From contig JAUCBJ010000275.1 in assembly GCA_032718475.1 (NCBI GenBank), positions 1-56,680 of the forward strand: a DNA stretch of 56,680 bases, given 5' to 3'. The translations under genes were made by a program, and so were the position numbers. The notes under the pieces were generated by a model. The model did not search any database, had not been told where the DNA came from, and was given only the letters and a program-made list of their open reading frames with translations. Positions 1-15,100 of this stretch are shown one piece after another (the first letter of the stretch is position 1; each line of letters opens with the position of its first letter). Source of the stretch: Nemertoderma westbladi. Lineage: Eukaryota > Animalia > Xenacoelomorpha.

Positions 1-169
1 GCAACCCTTACAATTTAGTAATAGCACGCTCCTGATCCCCTTTACTTAACAGTAGAGCAGTCTTTGTGTCTTATTGGTTAGGCGGGAACTTATTAGGTTG
101 GCAGAGAAGTATACCAGTATTTGTCTGTTCAACAGTTCTGCTGTTAGTATAGAGGTCGCGGTTGTTTAT

Positions 170-3100
170 CAAACTGATTAACTCAGCAGGCCTTGTATTA
201 CTGCGGCCTTGGTATAATAAACAAACTGATTAACTCAGCAGGCCTTGTATTACGGCGGCCTTGGTATAATAAACAAACTGATTAACTCAGCAGGCCTTGT
301 ATTACGGCGGCCTTGGTATAATAAACAAACTGATTAACTCAGCAGGCCTTGTATTACGGCGGCCTTGGTATAATAAACAAACTTATTAACTCAGCAGGCC
401 TTGTATTACTGCGGCCTTGGTATAATAAACAAACTGATTAACTCAGCAGGCCTTGTATTACGGCGGCCTTGGTATAATAAACAAACTGATTAACTCAGCA
501 GGCCTTGTATTACGGCGGCCTTGGTATAATAAACAAACTGATTAACTCAGCAGGCCTTGTATTACTGCGGCCTTGGTATAATAAACAAACTGATTAACTC
601 AGCAGGCCTTGTATTACGGCGGCCTTGGTATAATAAACAAACTGATTAACTCAGCAGGCCTTGTATTACGGCGACCTTGGTATAATAAACAAACTGATTA
701 ACTCAGCAGGCCTTGTATTACGGCGGCCTTGGTATAATAAACAAACTGATTAACTCAGCAGGCCTTGTATTACTGCGGCCTTGGTATAAGAAACAAACTG
801 ATCAACTCAGCAGGCCTTGTATTACGGCGGCCTTGGTATAATAAACAGACTGATTAACTCAGCAGGCCTTGTATTGCGGCGGCCTTGGTATAATAAACAA
901 ACTGATTAACTCAGCAGGCCTTGTATTACGGCGGCCTTGGTATAATAAACAAACTTATTAACTCAGCAGGCCTTGTATTACGGCGGCCTTGGTATAATAA
1001 ACAAACTGATTAACTCAGCAGGCCTTGTATTACTGCGGCCTTGGTATAATAAACAAACTTATTAACTCAGCAGGCCTTGTATTACTGCGGCCTTGGTATA
1101 ATAAACAAACTGATTAACTCAGCAGGCCTTGTATTACTGCGGCCTTGGTATAATAAACAAACTGATTAACTCAGCAGGCCTTGTATTACGGCGGCCTTGG
1201 TATAATAAACAAACTGATTAACTCACCAGGCCTTGTATTACGGCGGCCTTGGTATAATAAACAAACTGATTATCTCAGCAGGCCTTTTATTACTGCGGCC
1301 TTGGTATAATAAACAAACTGATTAACTCAGCAGGCCTTGTATTACGGCGGCCTTGGTATAATAAACAAACTGATTAACTCAGCAGGCCTTGTATTACGGC
1401 GGCCTTGGTATAATAAACAAACTGATTAACTCAGCAGGCCTTGTATTACTGCGGCCTTGGTATAATAAACAAACTGATTAACTCAGCAGGCCTTGTATTA
1501 CTGCGGCCTTGGTATAATAAACAAACTGATTATCTCAGCAGGCCTTTTATTACTGCGGCCTTGGTATAATAAACAAACTGATTAACTCAGCAGGCCTTGT
1601 ATTACTGCGGCCTTGGTATAATAAACAAACTGATTAACTCACCAGGCCTTGTATTACGGCGGCCTTGGTATAATAAACAAACTGATTAACTCAGCAGGCC
1701 TTGTATTACGGCGGCCTTGGTATAATAAACAAACTGATTAACTCTGCAGGCCTTGTATTACGGCGGCCTTGGTATAATAAACAAACTGATTAACTCAGCA
1801 GGCCTTGTATTACTGCGGCCTTGGTATAATAAACAAACTGATTAACTCAGCAGGCCTTGTATTACGGCGGCCTTGGTATAATAAACAAACTGATTAACTC
1901 AGCAGGCCTTGTATTACGGCGGCCTTGGTATAATAAACAAACTGATTAACTCAGCAGGCCTTGTATTACTGCGGCCTTGGTATAATAAACAAACTGATTA
2001 ACTCAGCAGGCCTTGTATTACGGCGGCCTTGGTATAATAAACAAACTGATTAACTCAGCAGGCCTTGTATTACGGCGGCCTTGGTATAATAAACAAACTG
2101 ATTAACTCAGCAGGCCTTGTATTACTGCGGCCTTGGTATAATAAACAAACTGATTAACTCAGCAGGCCTTGTATTACGGCGGCCTTGGTATAATAAACAA
2201 ACTGATTATCTCAGCAGGCCTTTTATTACTGCGGCCTTGGTATAATAAACAAACTGATTAACTCAGCAGGCCTTGTATTACTGCGGCCTTGGTATAATAA
2301 ACAAACTGATTAACTCAGCAGGCCTTGTATTACGGCGGCCTTGGTATAATAAACAAACTGATTAACTCACCAGGCCTTGTATTACGGCGGCCTTGGTATA
2401 ATAAACAAACTGATTATCTCAGCAGGCCTTTTATTACTGCGGCCTTGGTATAATAAACAAACTGATTAACTCAGCAGGCCTTGTATTACGGCGGCCTTGG
2501 TATAATAAACAAACTGATTAACTCAGCAGGCCTTGTATTACGGCGGCCTTGGTATAATAAACAAACTGATTAACTCAGCAGGCCTTGTATTACTGCGGCC
2601 TTGGTATAATAAACAAACTGATTAACTCAGCAGGCCTTGTATTACTGCGGCCTTGGTATAATAAACAAACTGTTTATCTCAGCAGGCCTTTTATTACTGC
2701 GGCCTTGGTATAATAAACAAACTGATTAACTCAGCAGGCCTTGTATTACTGCGGCCTTGGTATAATAAACAAACTGATTAACTCACCAGGCCTTGTATTA
2801 CGGCGGCCTTGGTATAATAAACAAACTGATTAACTCAGCAGGCCTTGTATTACGGCGGCCTTGGTATAATAAACAAACTGATTAACTCTGCAGGCCTTGT
2901 ATTACGGCGGCCTTGGTATAATAAACAAACTGATTAACTCAGCAGGCCTTGTATTACTGCGGCCTTGGTATAATAAACAAACTGATTAACTCAGCAGGCC
3001 TTGTATTACGGCGGCCTTGGTATAATAAACAAACTGATTAACTCAGCAGGCCTTGTATTACGGCGGCCTTGGTATAATAAACAAACTGATTAACTCAGCA

Positions 3101-6100
3101 GGCCTTGTATTACTGCGGCCTTGGTATAATAAACAAACTGATTAACTCAGCAGGCCTTGTATTACGGCGGCCTTGGTATAATAAACAAACTGATTAACTC
3201 AGCAGGCCTTGTATTACGGCGGCCTTGGTATAATAAACAAACTGATTAACTCAGCAGGCCTTGTATTACTGCGGCCTTGGTATAATAAACAAACTGATTA
3301 ACTCAGCAGGCCTTGTATTACGGCGGCCTTGGTATAATAAACAAACTGATTATCTCAGCAGGCCTTTTATTACTGCGGCCTTGGTATAATAAACAAACTG
3401 ATTAACTCAGCAGGCCTTGTATTACTGCGGCCTTGGTATAATAAACAAACTGATTAACTCAGCAGGCCTTGTATTACGGCGGCCTTGGTATAATAAACAA
3501 ACTGATTAACTCAGCAGGCCTTGTATTACTGCGGCCTTGGTATAATAAACAAACTGATTAACTCAGCAGGCCTTGTATTACGGCGGCCTTGGTATAATAA
3601 ACAAACTGATTAACTCTGCAGGCCTTGTATTACGGCGGCCTTGGTATAATAAACAAACTGATTAACTCAGCAGGCCTTGTATTACTGCGGCCTTGGTATA
3701 ATAAACAAACTGATTAACTCAGCAGGCCTTGTATTACTGTGGCCTTGGTATAATAAACAAACTGATTAACTCAGCAGGCCTTGTATTACTGCGGCCTTGG
3801 TATAATAAACAAACTGATTAACTCAGCAGGCCTTGTATTACGGCGGCCTTGGTATAATAAACAAACTGATTAACTCAGCAGGCCTTGTATTACTGCGGCC
3901 TTGGTATAATAAACAAACTGATTAACTCAGCAGGCCTTGTATTACGGCGGCCTTGGTATAATAAACAAACTGATTAACTCAGCAGGCCTTGTATTACTGC
4001 GGCCTTGGTATAATAAACAAACTGATTAACTCAGCAGGCCTTGTATTACTACGGCCTTGGTATAATAAACAAACTGATTAACTCAGCAGGCCTTGTATTA
4101 CGGCGGCCTTGGTATAATAAACAAACTGATTAACTCAGCAGGCCTTGTATTACGGCGGCCTTGGTATAATAAACAAACTGATTAACTCTGCAGGCCTTGT
4201 ATTACGGCGGCCTTGGTATAATAAACAAACTGATTAACTCAGCAGGCCTTGTATTACTACGGCCTTGGTATAATAAACAAACTGATTAACTCAGCAGGCC
4301 TTGTATTACTGCGGCCTTGGTATAATAAACAAACTGATTAACTCAGCAGGCCTTGTATTACGGCGGCCTTGGTATAATAAACAAACTGATTAACTCAGCA
4401 GGCCTTGTATTACTACGGCCTTGGTATAATAAACAAACTGATTAACTCAGCAGGCCTTGTATTACGGCGGCCTTGGTATAATAAACAAACTGATTAACTC
4501 AGCAGGCCTTGTATTACTGCGGCCTTGGTATAATAAACAAACTGATTAACTCAGCAGGCCTTGTATTACGGCGGCCTTGGTATAATAAACAAACTGATTA
4601 ACTCAGCAGGCCTTGTATTACTGCGGCCTTGGTATAATAAACAAACTGATTAACTCAGCAGGCCTTGTATTACTACGGCCTTGGTATAATAAACAAACTG
4701 ATTAACTCAGCAGGCCTTGTATTACGGCGGCCTTGGTATAATAAACAAACTGATTAACTCAGCAGGCCTTGTATTACGGCGGCCTTGGTATAATAAACAA
4801 ACTGATTAACTCTGCAGGCCTTGTATTACGGCGGCCTTGGTATAATAAACAAACTGATTAACTCAGCAGGCCTTGTATTACTACGGCCTTGGTATAATAA
4901 ACAAACTGATTAACTCAGCAGGCCTTGTATTACTGCGGCCTTGGTATAATAAACAAACTGATTAACTCAGCAGGCCTTGTATTACGGCGGCCTTGGTATA
5001 ATAAACAAACTGATTAACTCAGCAGGCCTTGTATTACTACGGCCTTGGTATAATAAACAAACTGATTAACTCAGCAGGCCTTGTATTACTGCGGCCTTGG
5101 TATAATAAACAAACTGATTAACTCAGCAGGCCTTGTATTACGGCGGCCTTGGTATAATAAACAAACTGATTAACTCACCAGGCCTTGTATTACTGCGGCC
5201 TTGGTATAATAAACAAACTTATTAACTCAGCAGGCCTTGTATTACTACGGCCTTGGTATAATAAACAAACTGATTAACTCAGCAGGCCTTGTATTACTGC
5301 GGCCTTGGTATAATAAACAAACTGATTAACTCAGCAGGCCTTGTATTACTGCGGCCTTGGTATAATAAACAAACTGATTAACTCAGCAGGCCTTGTATTA
5401 CGGCGGCCTTGGTATAATAAACAAACTGATTAACTCAGCAGGCCTTGTATTACTGCGGCCTTGGTATAATAAACAAACTGATTAACTCAGCAGGCCTTGT
5501 ATTACGGCGGCCTTGGTATAATAAACAAACTGATTAACTCAGCAGGCCTTGTATTACTGCGGCCTTGGTATAATAAACAAACTGATTAACTCAGCAGGCC
5601 TTGTATTACGGCGGCCTTGGTATAATAAACAAACTGATTAACTCAGCAGGCCTTGTATTACGGCGGCCTTGGTATAATAAACAAACTGATTAACTCAGCA
5701 GGCCTTGTATTACGGCGGCCTTGGTATAATAAACAAACTGATTAACTCAGCAGGCCTTGTATTACTGCGGCCTTGGTATAATAAACAAACTGATTAACTC
5801 AGCAGGCCTTGTATTACGGCGGCCTTGGTATAATAAACAAACTGATTATCTCAGCAGGCCTTTTATTACTGCGGCCTTGGTATAATAAACAAACTGATTA
5901 ACTCAGCAGGCCTTGTATTACTGCGGCCTTGGTATAATAAACAAACTGATTAACTCAGCAGGCCTTGTATTACTGCGGCCTTGGTATAATAAACAAACTG
6001 ATTAACTCAGCAGGCCTTGTATTACGGCGGCCTTGGTATAATAAACAAACTGATTAACTCAGCAGGCCTTGTATTACTGCGGCCTTGGTATAATAAACAA

Positions 6101-9100
6101 ACTGATTAACTCAGCAGGCCTTGTATTACGGCGGCCTTGGTATAATAAACAAACTGATTAACTCAGCAGGCCTTGTATTACTGCGGCCTTGGTATAATAA
6201 ACAAACTGATTAACTCAGCAGGCCTTGTATTACGGCGGCCTTGGTATAATAAACAAACTGATTAACTCAGCAGGCCTTGTATTACGGCGGCCTTGGTATA
6301 ATAAACAAACTGATTAACTCAGCAGGCCTTGTATTACGGCGGCCTTGGTATAATAAACAAACTGATTAACTCAGCAGGCCTTGTATTACTGCGGCCTTGG
6401 TATAATAAACAAACTGATTAACTCAGCAGGCCTTGTATTACGGCGGCCTTGGTATAATAAACAAACTGATTATCTCAGCAGGCCTTTTATTACTGCGGCC
6501 TTGGTATAATAAACAAACTGATTAACTCAGCAGGCCTTGTATTACTGCGGCCTTGGTATAATAAACAAACTGATTAACTCAGCAGGCCTTGTATTACGGC
6601 GGCCTTGGTATAATAAACAAACTGATTAACTCAGCAGGCCTTGTATTACGGCGGCCTTGGTATAATAAACAAACTGATTAACTCAGCAGGCCTTGTATTA
6701 CGGCGGCCTTGGTATAATAAACAAACTGATTAACTCAGCAGGCCTTGTATTACTGCGGCCTTGGTATAATAAACAAACTGATTAACTCAGCAGGCCTTGT
6801 ATTACGGCGGCCTTGGTATAATAAACAAACTGATTAACTCAGCAGGCCTTGTATTACTGCGGCCTTGGTATAATAAACAAACTGATTAACTCAGCAGGCC
6901 TTGTATTGCGGCGGCCTTGGTATAATAAACAAACTGATTAACTCAGCAGGCCTTGTATTACTGCGGCCTTGGTATAATAAACAAACTGATTAACTCAGCA
7001 GGCCTTGTATTACGGCGGCCTTGGTATAATAAACAAACTGATTAACTCAGCAGGCCTTGTATTACGGCGACCTTGGTATAATAAACAAACTGATTAACTC
7101 AGCAGGCCTTGTATTACGGCGGCCTTGGTATAATAAACAAACTGATTAACTCAGCAGGCCTTGTATTACTGCGGCCTTGGTATAAGAAACAAACTGATCA
7201 ACTCAGCAGGCCTTGTATTACGGCGGCCTTGGTATAATAAACAGACTGATTAACTCAGCAGGCCTTGTATTGCGGCGGCCTTGGTATAATAAACAAACTG
7301 ATTAACTCAGCAGGCCTTGTATTACGGCGGCCTTGGTATAATAAACAAACTTATTAACTCAGCAGGCCTTGTATTACGGCGGCCTTGGTATAATAAACAA
7401 ACTGATTAACTCAGCAGGCCTTGTATTACTGCGGCCTTGGTATAATAAACAAACTTATTAACTCAGCAGGCCTTGTATTACTGCGGCCTTGGTATAATAA
7501 ACAAACTGATTAACTCAGCAGGCCTTGTATTACTGCGGCCTTGGTATAATAAACAAACTGATTAACTCAGCAGGCCTTGTATTACGGCGGCCTTGGTATA
7601 ATAAACAAACTGATTAACTCACCAGGCCTTGTATTACGGCGGCCTTGGTATAATAAACAAACTGATTATCTCAGCAGGCCTTTTATTACTGCGGCCTTGG
7701 TATAATAAACAAACTGATTAACTCAGCAGGCCTTGTATTACGGCGGCCTTGGTATAATAAACAAACTGATTAACTCAGCAGGCCTTGTATTACGGCGGCC
7801 TTGGTATAATAAACAAACTGATTAACTCAGCAGGCCTTGTATTACTGCGGCCTTGGTATAATAAACAAACTGATTAACTCAGCAGGCCTTGTATTACTGC
7901 GGCCTTGGTATAATAAACAAACTGATTATCTCAGCAGGCCTTTTATTACTGCGGCCTTGTTATAATAAACAAACTGATTAACTCAGCAGGCCTTGTATTA
8001 CTGCGGCCTTGGTATAATAAACAAACTGATTAACTCACCAGGCCTTGTATTACGGCGGCCTTGGTATAATAAACAAACTGATTAACTCAGCAGGCCTTGT
8101 ATTACGGCGGCCTTGGTATAATAAACAAACTGATTAACTCTGCAGGCCTTGTATTACGGCGGCCTTGGTATAATAAACAAACTGATTAACTCAGCAGGCC
8201 TTGTATTACTGCGGCCTTGGTATAATAAACAAACTGATTAACTCAGCAGGCCTTGTATTACGGCGGCCTTGGTATAATAAACAAACTGATTAACTCAGCA
8301 GGCCTTGTATTACGGCGGCCTTGGTATAATAAACAAACTGATTAACTCAGCAGGCCTTGTATTACTGTGGCCTTGGTATAATAAACAAACTGATTAACTC
8401 AGCAGGCCTTGTATTACGGCGGCCTTGGTATAATAAACAAACTGATTAACTCAGCAGGCCTTGTATTACGGCGGCCTTGGTATAATAAACAAACTGATTA
8501 ACTCAGCAGGCCTTGTATTACTGCGGCCTTGGTATAATAAACAAACTGATTAACTCAGCAGGCCTTGTATTACGGCGGCCTTGGTATAATAAACAAACTG
8601 ATTAACTCAGCAGGCCTTGTATTACTGCGGCCTTGGTATAATAAACAAACTGATTAACTCAGCAGGCCTTGTATTACGGCGGCCTTGGTATAATAAACAA
8701 ACTGATTAACTCAGCAGGCCTTGTATTACGGCGGCCTTGGTATAATAAACAAACTGATTAACTCAGCAGGCCTTGTATTACGGCGGCCTTGGTATAATAA
8801 ACAAACTGATTAACTCAGCAGGCCTTGTATTACTGCGGCCTTGGTATAATAAACAAACTGATTAACTCAGCAGGCCTTGTATTACGGCGGCCTTGGTATA
8901 ATAAACAAACTGATTATCTCAGCAGGCCTTTTATTACTGCGGCCTTGGTATAATAAACAAACTGATTAACTCAGCAGGCCTTGTATTACTGCGGCCTTGG
9001 TATAATAAACAAACTGATTAACTCAGCAGGCCTTGTATTACGGCGGCCTTGGTATAATAAACAAACTGATTAACTCAGCAGGCCTTGTATTACGGCGGCC

Positions 9101-12100
9101 TTGGTATAATAAACAAACTGATTAACTCAGCAGGCCTTGTATTACGGCGGCCTTGGTATAATAAACAAACTGATTAACTCAGCAGGCCTTGTATTACTGC
9201 GGCCTTGGTATAATAAACAAACTGATTAACTCAGCAGGCCTTGTATTACGGCGGCCTTGGTATAATAAACAAACTGATTATCTCAGCAGGCCTTTTATTA
9301 CTGCGGCCTTGGTATAATAAACAAACTGATTAACTCAGCAGGCCTTGTATTACTGCGGCCTTGGTATAATAAACAAACTGATTAACTCAGCAGGCCTTGT
9401 ATTACTGCGGCCTTGGTATAATAAACAAACTGATTAACTCAGCAGGCCTTGTATTACGGCGGCCTTGGTATAATAAACAAACTGATTAACTCAGCAGGCC
9501 TTGTATTACTGCGGCCTTGGTATAATAAACAAACTGATTAACTCAGCAGGCCTTGTATTACGGCGGCCTTGGTATAATAAACAAACTGATTAACTCAGCA
9601 GGCCTTGTATTACTGCGGCCTTGGTATAATAAACAAACTGATTAACTCAGCAGGCCTTGTATTACGGCGGCCTTGGTATAATAAACAAACTGATTAACTC
9701 AGCAGGCCTTGTATTACGGCGGCCTTGGTATAATAAACAAACTGATTAACTCAGCAGGCCTTGTATTACGGCGGCCTTGGTATAATAAACAAACTGATTA
9801 ACTCAGCAGGCCTTGTATTACTGCGGCCTTGGTATAATAAACAAACTGATTAACTCAGCAGGCCTTGTATTACGGCGGCCTTGGTATAATAAACAAACTG
9901 ATTATCTCAGCAGGCCTTTTATTACTGCGGCCTTGGTATAATAAACAAACTGATTAACTCAGCAGGCCTTGTATTACTGCGGCCTTGGTATAATAAACAA
10001 ACTGATTAACTCAGCAGGCCTTGTATTACGGCGGCCTTGGTATAATAAACAAACTGATTAACTCAGCAGGCCTTGTATTACGGCGGCCTTGGTATAATAA
10101 ACAAACTGATTAACTCAGCAGGCCTTGTATTACGGCGGCCTTGGTATAATAAACAAACTGATTAACTCAGCAGGCCTTGTATTACTGCGGCCTTGGTATA
10201 ATAAACAAACTGATTAACTCAGCAGGCCTTGTATTACGGCGGCCTTGGTATAATAAACAAACTGATTAACTCAGCAGGCCTTGTATTACTGCGGCCTTGG
10301 TATAATAAACAAACTGATTAACTCAGCAGGCCTTGTATTGCGGCGGCCTTGGTATAATAAACAAACTGATTAACTCAGCAGGCCTTGTATTACTGCGGCC
10401 TTGGTATAATAAACAAACTGATTAACTCAGCAGGCCTTGTATTACGGCGGCCTTGGTATAATAAACAAACTGATTAACTCAGCAGGCCTTGTATTACGGC
10501 GACCTTGGTATAATAAACAAACTGATTAACTCAGCAGGCCTTGTATTACGGCGGCCTTGGTATAATAAACAAACTGATTAACTCAGCAGGCCTTGTATTA
10601 CTGCGGCCTTGGTATAAGAAACAAACTGATCAACTCAGCAGGCCTTGTATTACGGCGGCCTTGGTATAATAAACAGACTGATTAACTCAGCAGGCCTTGT
10701 ATTGCGGCGGCCTTGGTATAATAAACAAACTGATTAACTCAGCAGGCCTTGTATTACGGCGGCCTTGGTATAATAAACAAACTTATTAACTCAGCAGGCC
10801 TTGTATTACGGCGGCCTTGGTATAATAAACAAACTGATTAACTCAGCAGGCCTTGTATTACTGCGGCCTTGGTATAATAAACAAACTTATTAACTCAGCA
10901 GGCCTTGTATTACTGCGGCCTTGGTATAATAAACAAACTGATTAACTCAGCAGGCCTTGTATTACTGCGGCCTTGGTATAATAAACAAACTGATTAACTC
11001 AGCAGGCCTTGTATTACGGCGGCCTTGGTATAATAAACAAACTGATTAACTCACCAGGCCTTGTATTACGGCGGCCTTGGTATAATAAACAAACTGATTA
11101 TCTCAGCAGGCCTTTTATTACTGCGGCCTTGGTATAATAAACAAACTGATTAACTCAGCAGGCCTTGTATTACGGCGGCCTTGGTATAATAAACAAACTG
11201 ATTAACTCAGCAGGCCTTGTATTACGGCGGCCTTGGTATAATAAACAAACTGATTAACTCAGCAGGCCTTGTATTACTGCGGCCTTGGTATAATAAACAA
11301 ACTGATTAACTCAGCAGGCCTTGTATTACTGCGGCCTTGGTATAATAAACAAACTGATTATCTCAGCAGGCCTTTTATTACTGCGGCCTTGTTATAATAA
11401 ACAAACTGATTAACTCAGCAGGCCTTGTATTACTGCGGCCTTGGTATAATAAACAAACTGATTAACTCACCAGGCCTTGTATTACGGCGGCCTTGGTATA
11501 ATAAACAAACTGATTAACTCAGCAGGCCTTGTATTACGGCGGCCTTGGTATAATAAACAAACTGATTAACTCTGCAGGCCTTGTATTACGGCGGCCTTGG
11601 TATAATAAACAAACTGATTAACTCAGCAGGCCTTGTATTACTGCGGCCTTGGTATAATAAACAAACTGATTAACTCAGCAGGCCTTGTATTACGGCGGCC
11701 TTGGTATAATAAACAAACTGATTAACTCAGCAGGCCTTGTATTACGGCGGCCTTGGTATAATAAACAAACTGATTAACTCAGCAGGCCTTGTATTACTGT
11801 GGCCTTGGTATAATAAACAAACTGATTAACTCAGCAGGCCTTGTATTACGGCGGCCTTGGTATAATAAACAAACTGATTAACTCAGCAGGCCTTGTATTA
11901 CGGCGGCCTTGGTATAATAAACAAACTGATTAACTCAGCAGGCCTTGTATTACTGCGGCCTTGGTATAATAAACAAACTGATTAACTCAGCAGGCCTTGT
12001 ATTACGGCGGCCTTGGTATAATAAACAAACTGATTATCTCAGCAGGCCTTTTATTACTGCGGCCTTGGTATAATAAACAAACTGATTAACTCAGCAGGCC

Positions 12101-15100
12101 TTGTATTACTGCGGCCTTGGTATAATAAACAAACTGATTAACTCAGCAGGCCTTGTATTACGGCGGCCTTGGTATAATAAACAAACTGATTAACTCAGCA
12201 GGCCTTGTATTACGGCGGCCTTGGTATAATAAACAAACTGATTAACTCAGCAGGCCTTGTATTACGGCGGCCTTGGTATAATAAACAAACTGATTAACTC
12301 AGCAGGCCTTGTATTACTGCGGCCTTGGTATAATAAACAAACTGATTAACTCAGCAGGCCTTGTATTACGGCGACCTTGGTATAATAAACAAACTGATTA
12401 ACTCAGCAGGCCTTGAATTACGGCGGCCTTGGTATAATAAACAAACTGATTAACTCAGCAGGCCTTGTATTACGGCGGCCTTGGTATAATAAACAAACTG
12501 ATTAACTCAGCAGGCCTTGTATTACGGCGGCCTTGGTATAATAAACAAACTGATTAACTCAGCAGGCCTTGTATTACTGCGGCCTTGGTATAATAAACAA
12601 ACTGATTAACTCAGCAGGCCTTGTATTACGGCGGCCTTGGTATAATAAACAAACTGATTAACTCAGCAGGCCTTGTATTACGGCGACCTTGGTATAATAA
12701 ACAAACTGATTAACTCAGCAGGCCTTGTATTACGGCGGCCTTGGTATAATAAACAAACTGATTAACTCAGCAGGCCTTGTATTACTGCGGCCTTGGTATA
12801 AGAAACAAACTGATCAACTCAGCAGGCCTTGTATTACGGCGACCTTGGTATAATAAACAAACTGATTAACTCAGCAGGCCTTGTATTACGGCGGCCTTGG
12901 TATAATAAACAAACTGATTAACTCAGCAGGCCTTGTATTACTGCGGCCTTGGTATAAGAAACAAACTGATCAACTCAGCAGGCCTTGTATTACGGCGGCC
13001 TTGGTATAATAAACAGACTGATTAACTCAGCAGGCCTTGTATTGCGGCGGCCTTGGTATAATAAACAAACTGATTAACTCAGCAGGCCTTGTATTACGGC
13101 GGCCTTGGTATAATAAACAAACTTATTAACTCAGCAGGCCTTGTATTACGGCGGCCTTGGTATAATAAACAAACTGATTAACTCAGCAGGCCTTGTATTA
13201 CTGCGGCCTTGGTATAATAAACAAACTTATTAACTCAGCAGGCCTTGTATTACTGCGGCCTTGGTATAATAAACAAACTGATTAACTCAGCAGGCCTTGT
13301 ATTACTGCGGCCTTGGTATAATAAACAAACTGATTAACTCAGCAGGCCTTGTATTACGGCGGCCTTGGTATAATAAACAAACTGATTAACTCACCAGGCC
13401 TTGTATTACGGCGGCCTTGGTATAATAAACAAACTGATTATCTCAGCAGGCCTTTTATTACTGCGGCCTTGGTATAATAAACAAACTGATTAACTCAGCA
13501 GGCCTTGTATTACGGCGGCCTTGGTATAATAAACAAACTGATTAACTCAGCAGGCCTTGTATTACGGCGGCCTTGGTATAATAAACAAACTGATTAACTC
13601 AGCAGGCCTTGTATTACTGCGGCCTTGGTATAATAAACAAACTGATTAACTCAGCAGGCCTTGTATTACTGCGGCCTTGGTATAATAAACAAACTGATTA
13701 TCTCAGCAGGCCTTTTATTACTGCGGCCTTGGTATAATAAACAAACTGATTAACTCAGCAGGCCTTGTATTACTGCGGCCTTGGTATAATAAACAAACTG
13801 ATTAACTCACCAGGCCTTGTATTACGGCGGCCTTGGTATAATAAACAAACTGATTATCTCAGCAGGCCTTTTATTACTGCGGCCTTGGTATAATAAACAA
13901 ACTGATTAACTCAGCAGGCCTTGTATTACGGCGGCCTTGGTATAATAAACAAACTGATTAACTCAGCAGGCCTTGTATTACTGCGGCCTTGGTATAATAA
14001 ACAAACTGATTAACTCAGCAGGCCTTGTATTACGGCGGCCTTGGTATAATAAACAAACTGATTAACTCAGCAGGCCTTGTATTACGGCGGCCTTGGTATA
14101 ATAAACAAACTGATTAACTCAGCAGGCCTTGTATTACGGCGGCCTTGGTATAATAAACAAACTGATTAACTCAGCAGGCCTTGTATTACGGCGGCCTTGG
14201 TATAATAAACAAACTGATTAACTCAGCAGGCCTTGTGTTACGGCGGCCTTGGTATAATAAACAAACTGATTAACTCAGCAGGCCTTGTATTACTGCGGCC
14301 TTGGTATAATAAACAAACTGATTAACTCAGCAGGCCTTGTGTTACGGCGACCTTGGTATAATAAACAAACTGATTAACTCAGCAGGCCTTGTATTACGGC
14401 GGCCTTGGTATAATAAACAAACTGATTAACTCAGCAGGCCTTGTATTACTGCGGCCTTGGTATAATAAACAAACTGATTAACTCACCAGGCCTTGTATTA
14501 CGGCGGCCTTGGTATAATAAACAAACTGATTAACTCAGCAGGCCTTGTATTACGGCGGCCTTGGTATAATAAACAAACTGATTAACTCTGCAGGCCTTGT
14601 ATTACGGCGGCCTTGGTATAATAAACAAACTGATTAACTCAGCAGGCCTTGTATTACTGCGGCCTTGGTATAATAAACAAACTGATTAACTCAGCAGGCC
14701 TTGTATTACGGCGGCCTTGGTATAATAAACAAACTGATTAACTCAGCAGGCCTTGTATTACGGCGGCCTTGGTATAATAAACAAACTGATTAACTCAGCA
14801 GGCCTTGTATTACTGCGGCCTTGGTATAATAAACAAACTGATTAACTCAGCAGGCCTTGTATTACGGCGGCCTTGGTATAATAAACAAACTGATTAACTC
14901 AGCAGGCCTTGTATTACGGCGGCCTTGGTATAATAAACAAACTGATTAACTCAGCAGGCCTTGTATTACTGCGGCCTTGGTATAATAAACAAACTGATTA
15001 ACTCAGCAGGCCTTGTATTACGGCGGCCTTGGTATAATAAACAAACTGATTATCTCAGCAGGCCTTTTATTACTGCGGCCTTGGTATAATAAACAAACTG

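Noticed and set aside
73-86. ATTGG (reverse CCAAT) plus GGCGGG (GC box)
   Set aside because: Short common words with no linked gene or LTR visible in the window.
193-218. TTG...TATAAT resembling a bacterial sigma70 promoter in every 52-mer
   Set aside because: The spacing is wrong (14 bp), the -35 match is poor, and the DNA is eukaryotic.
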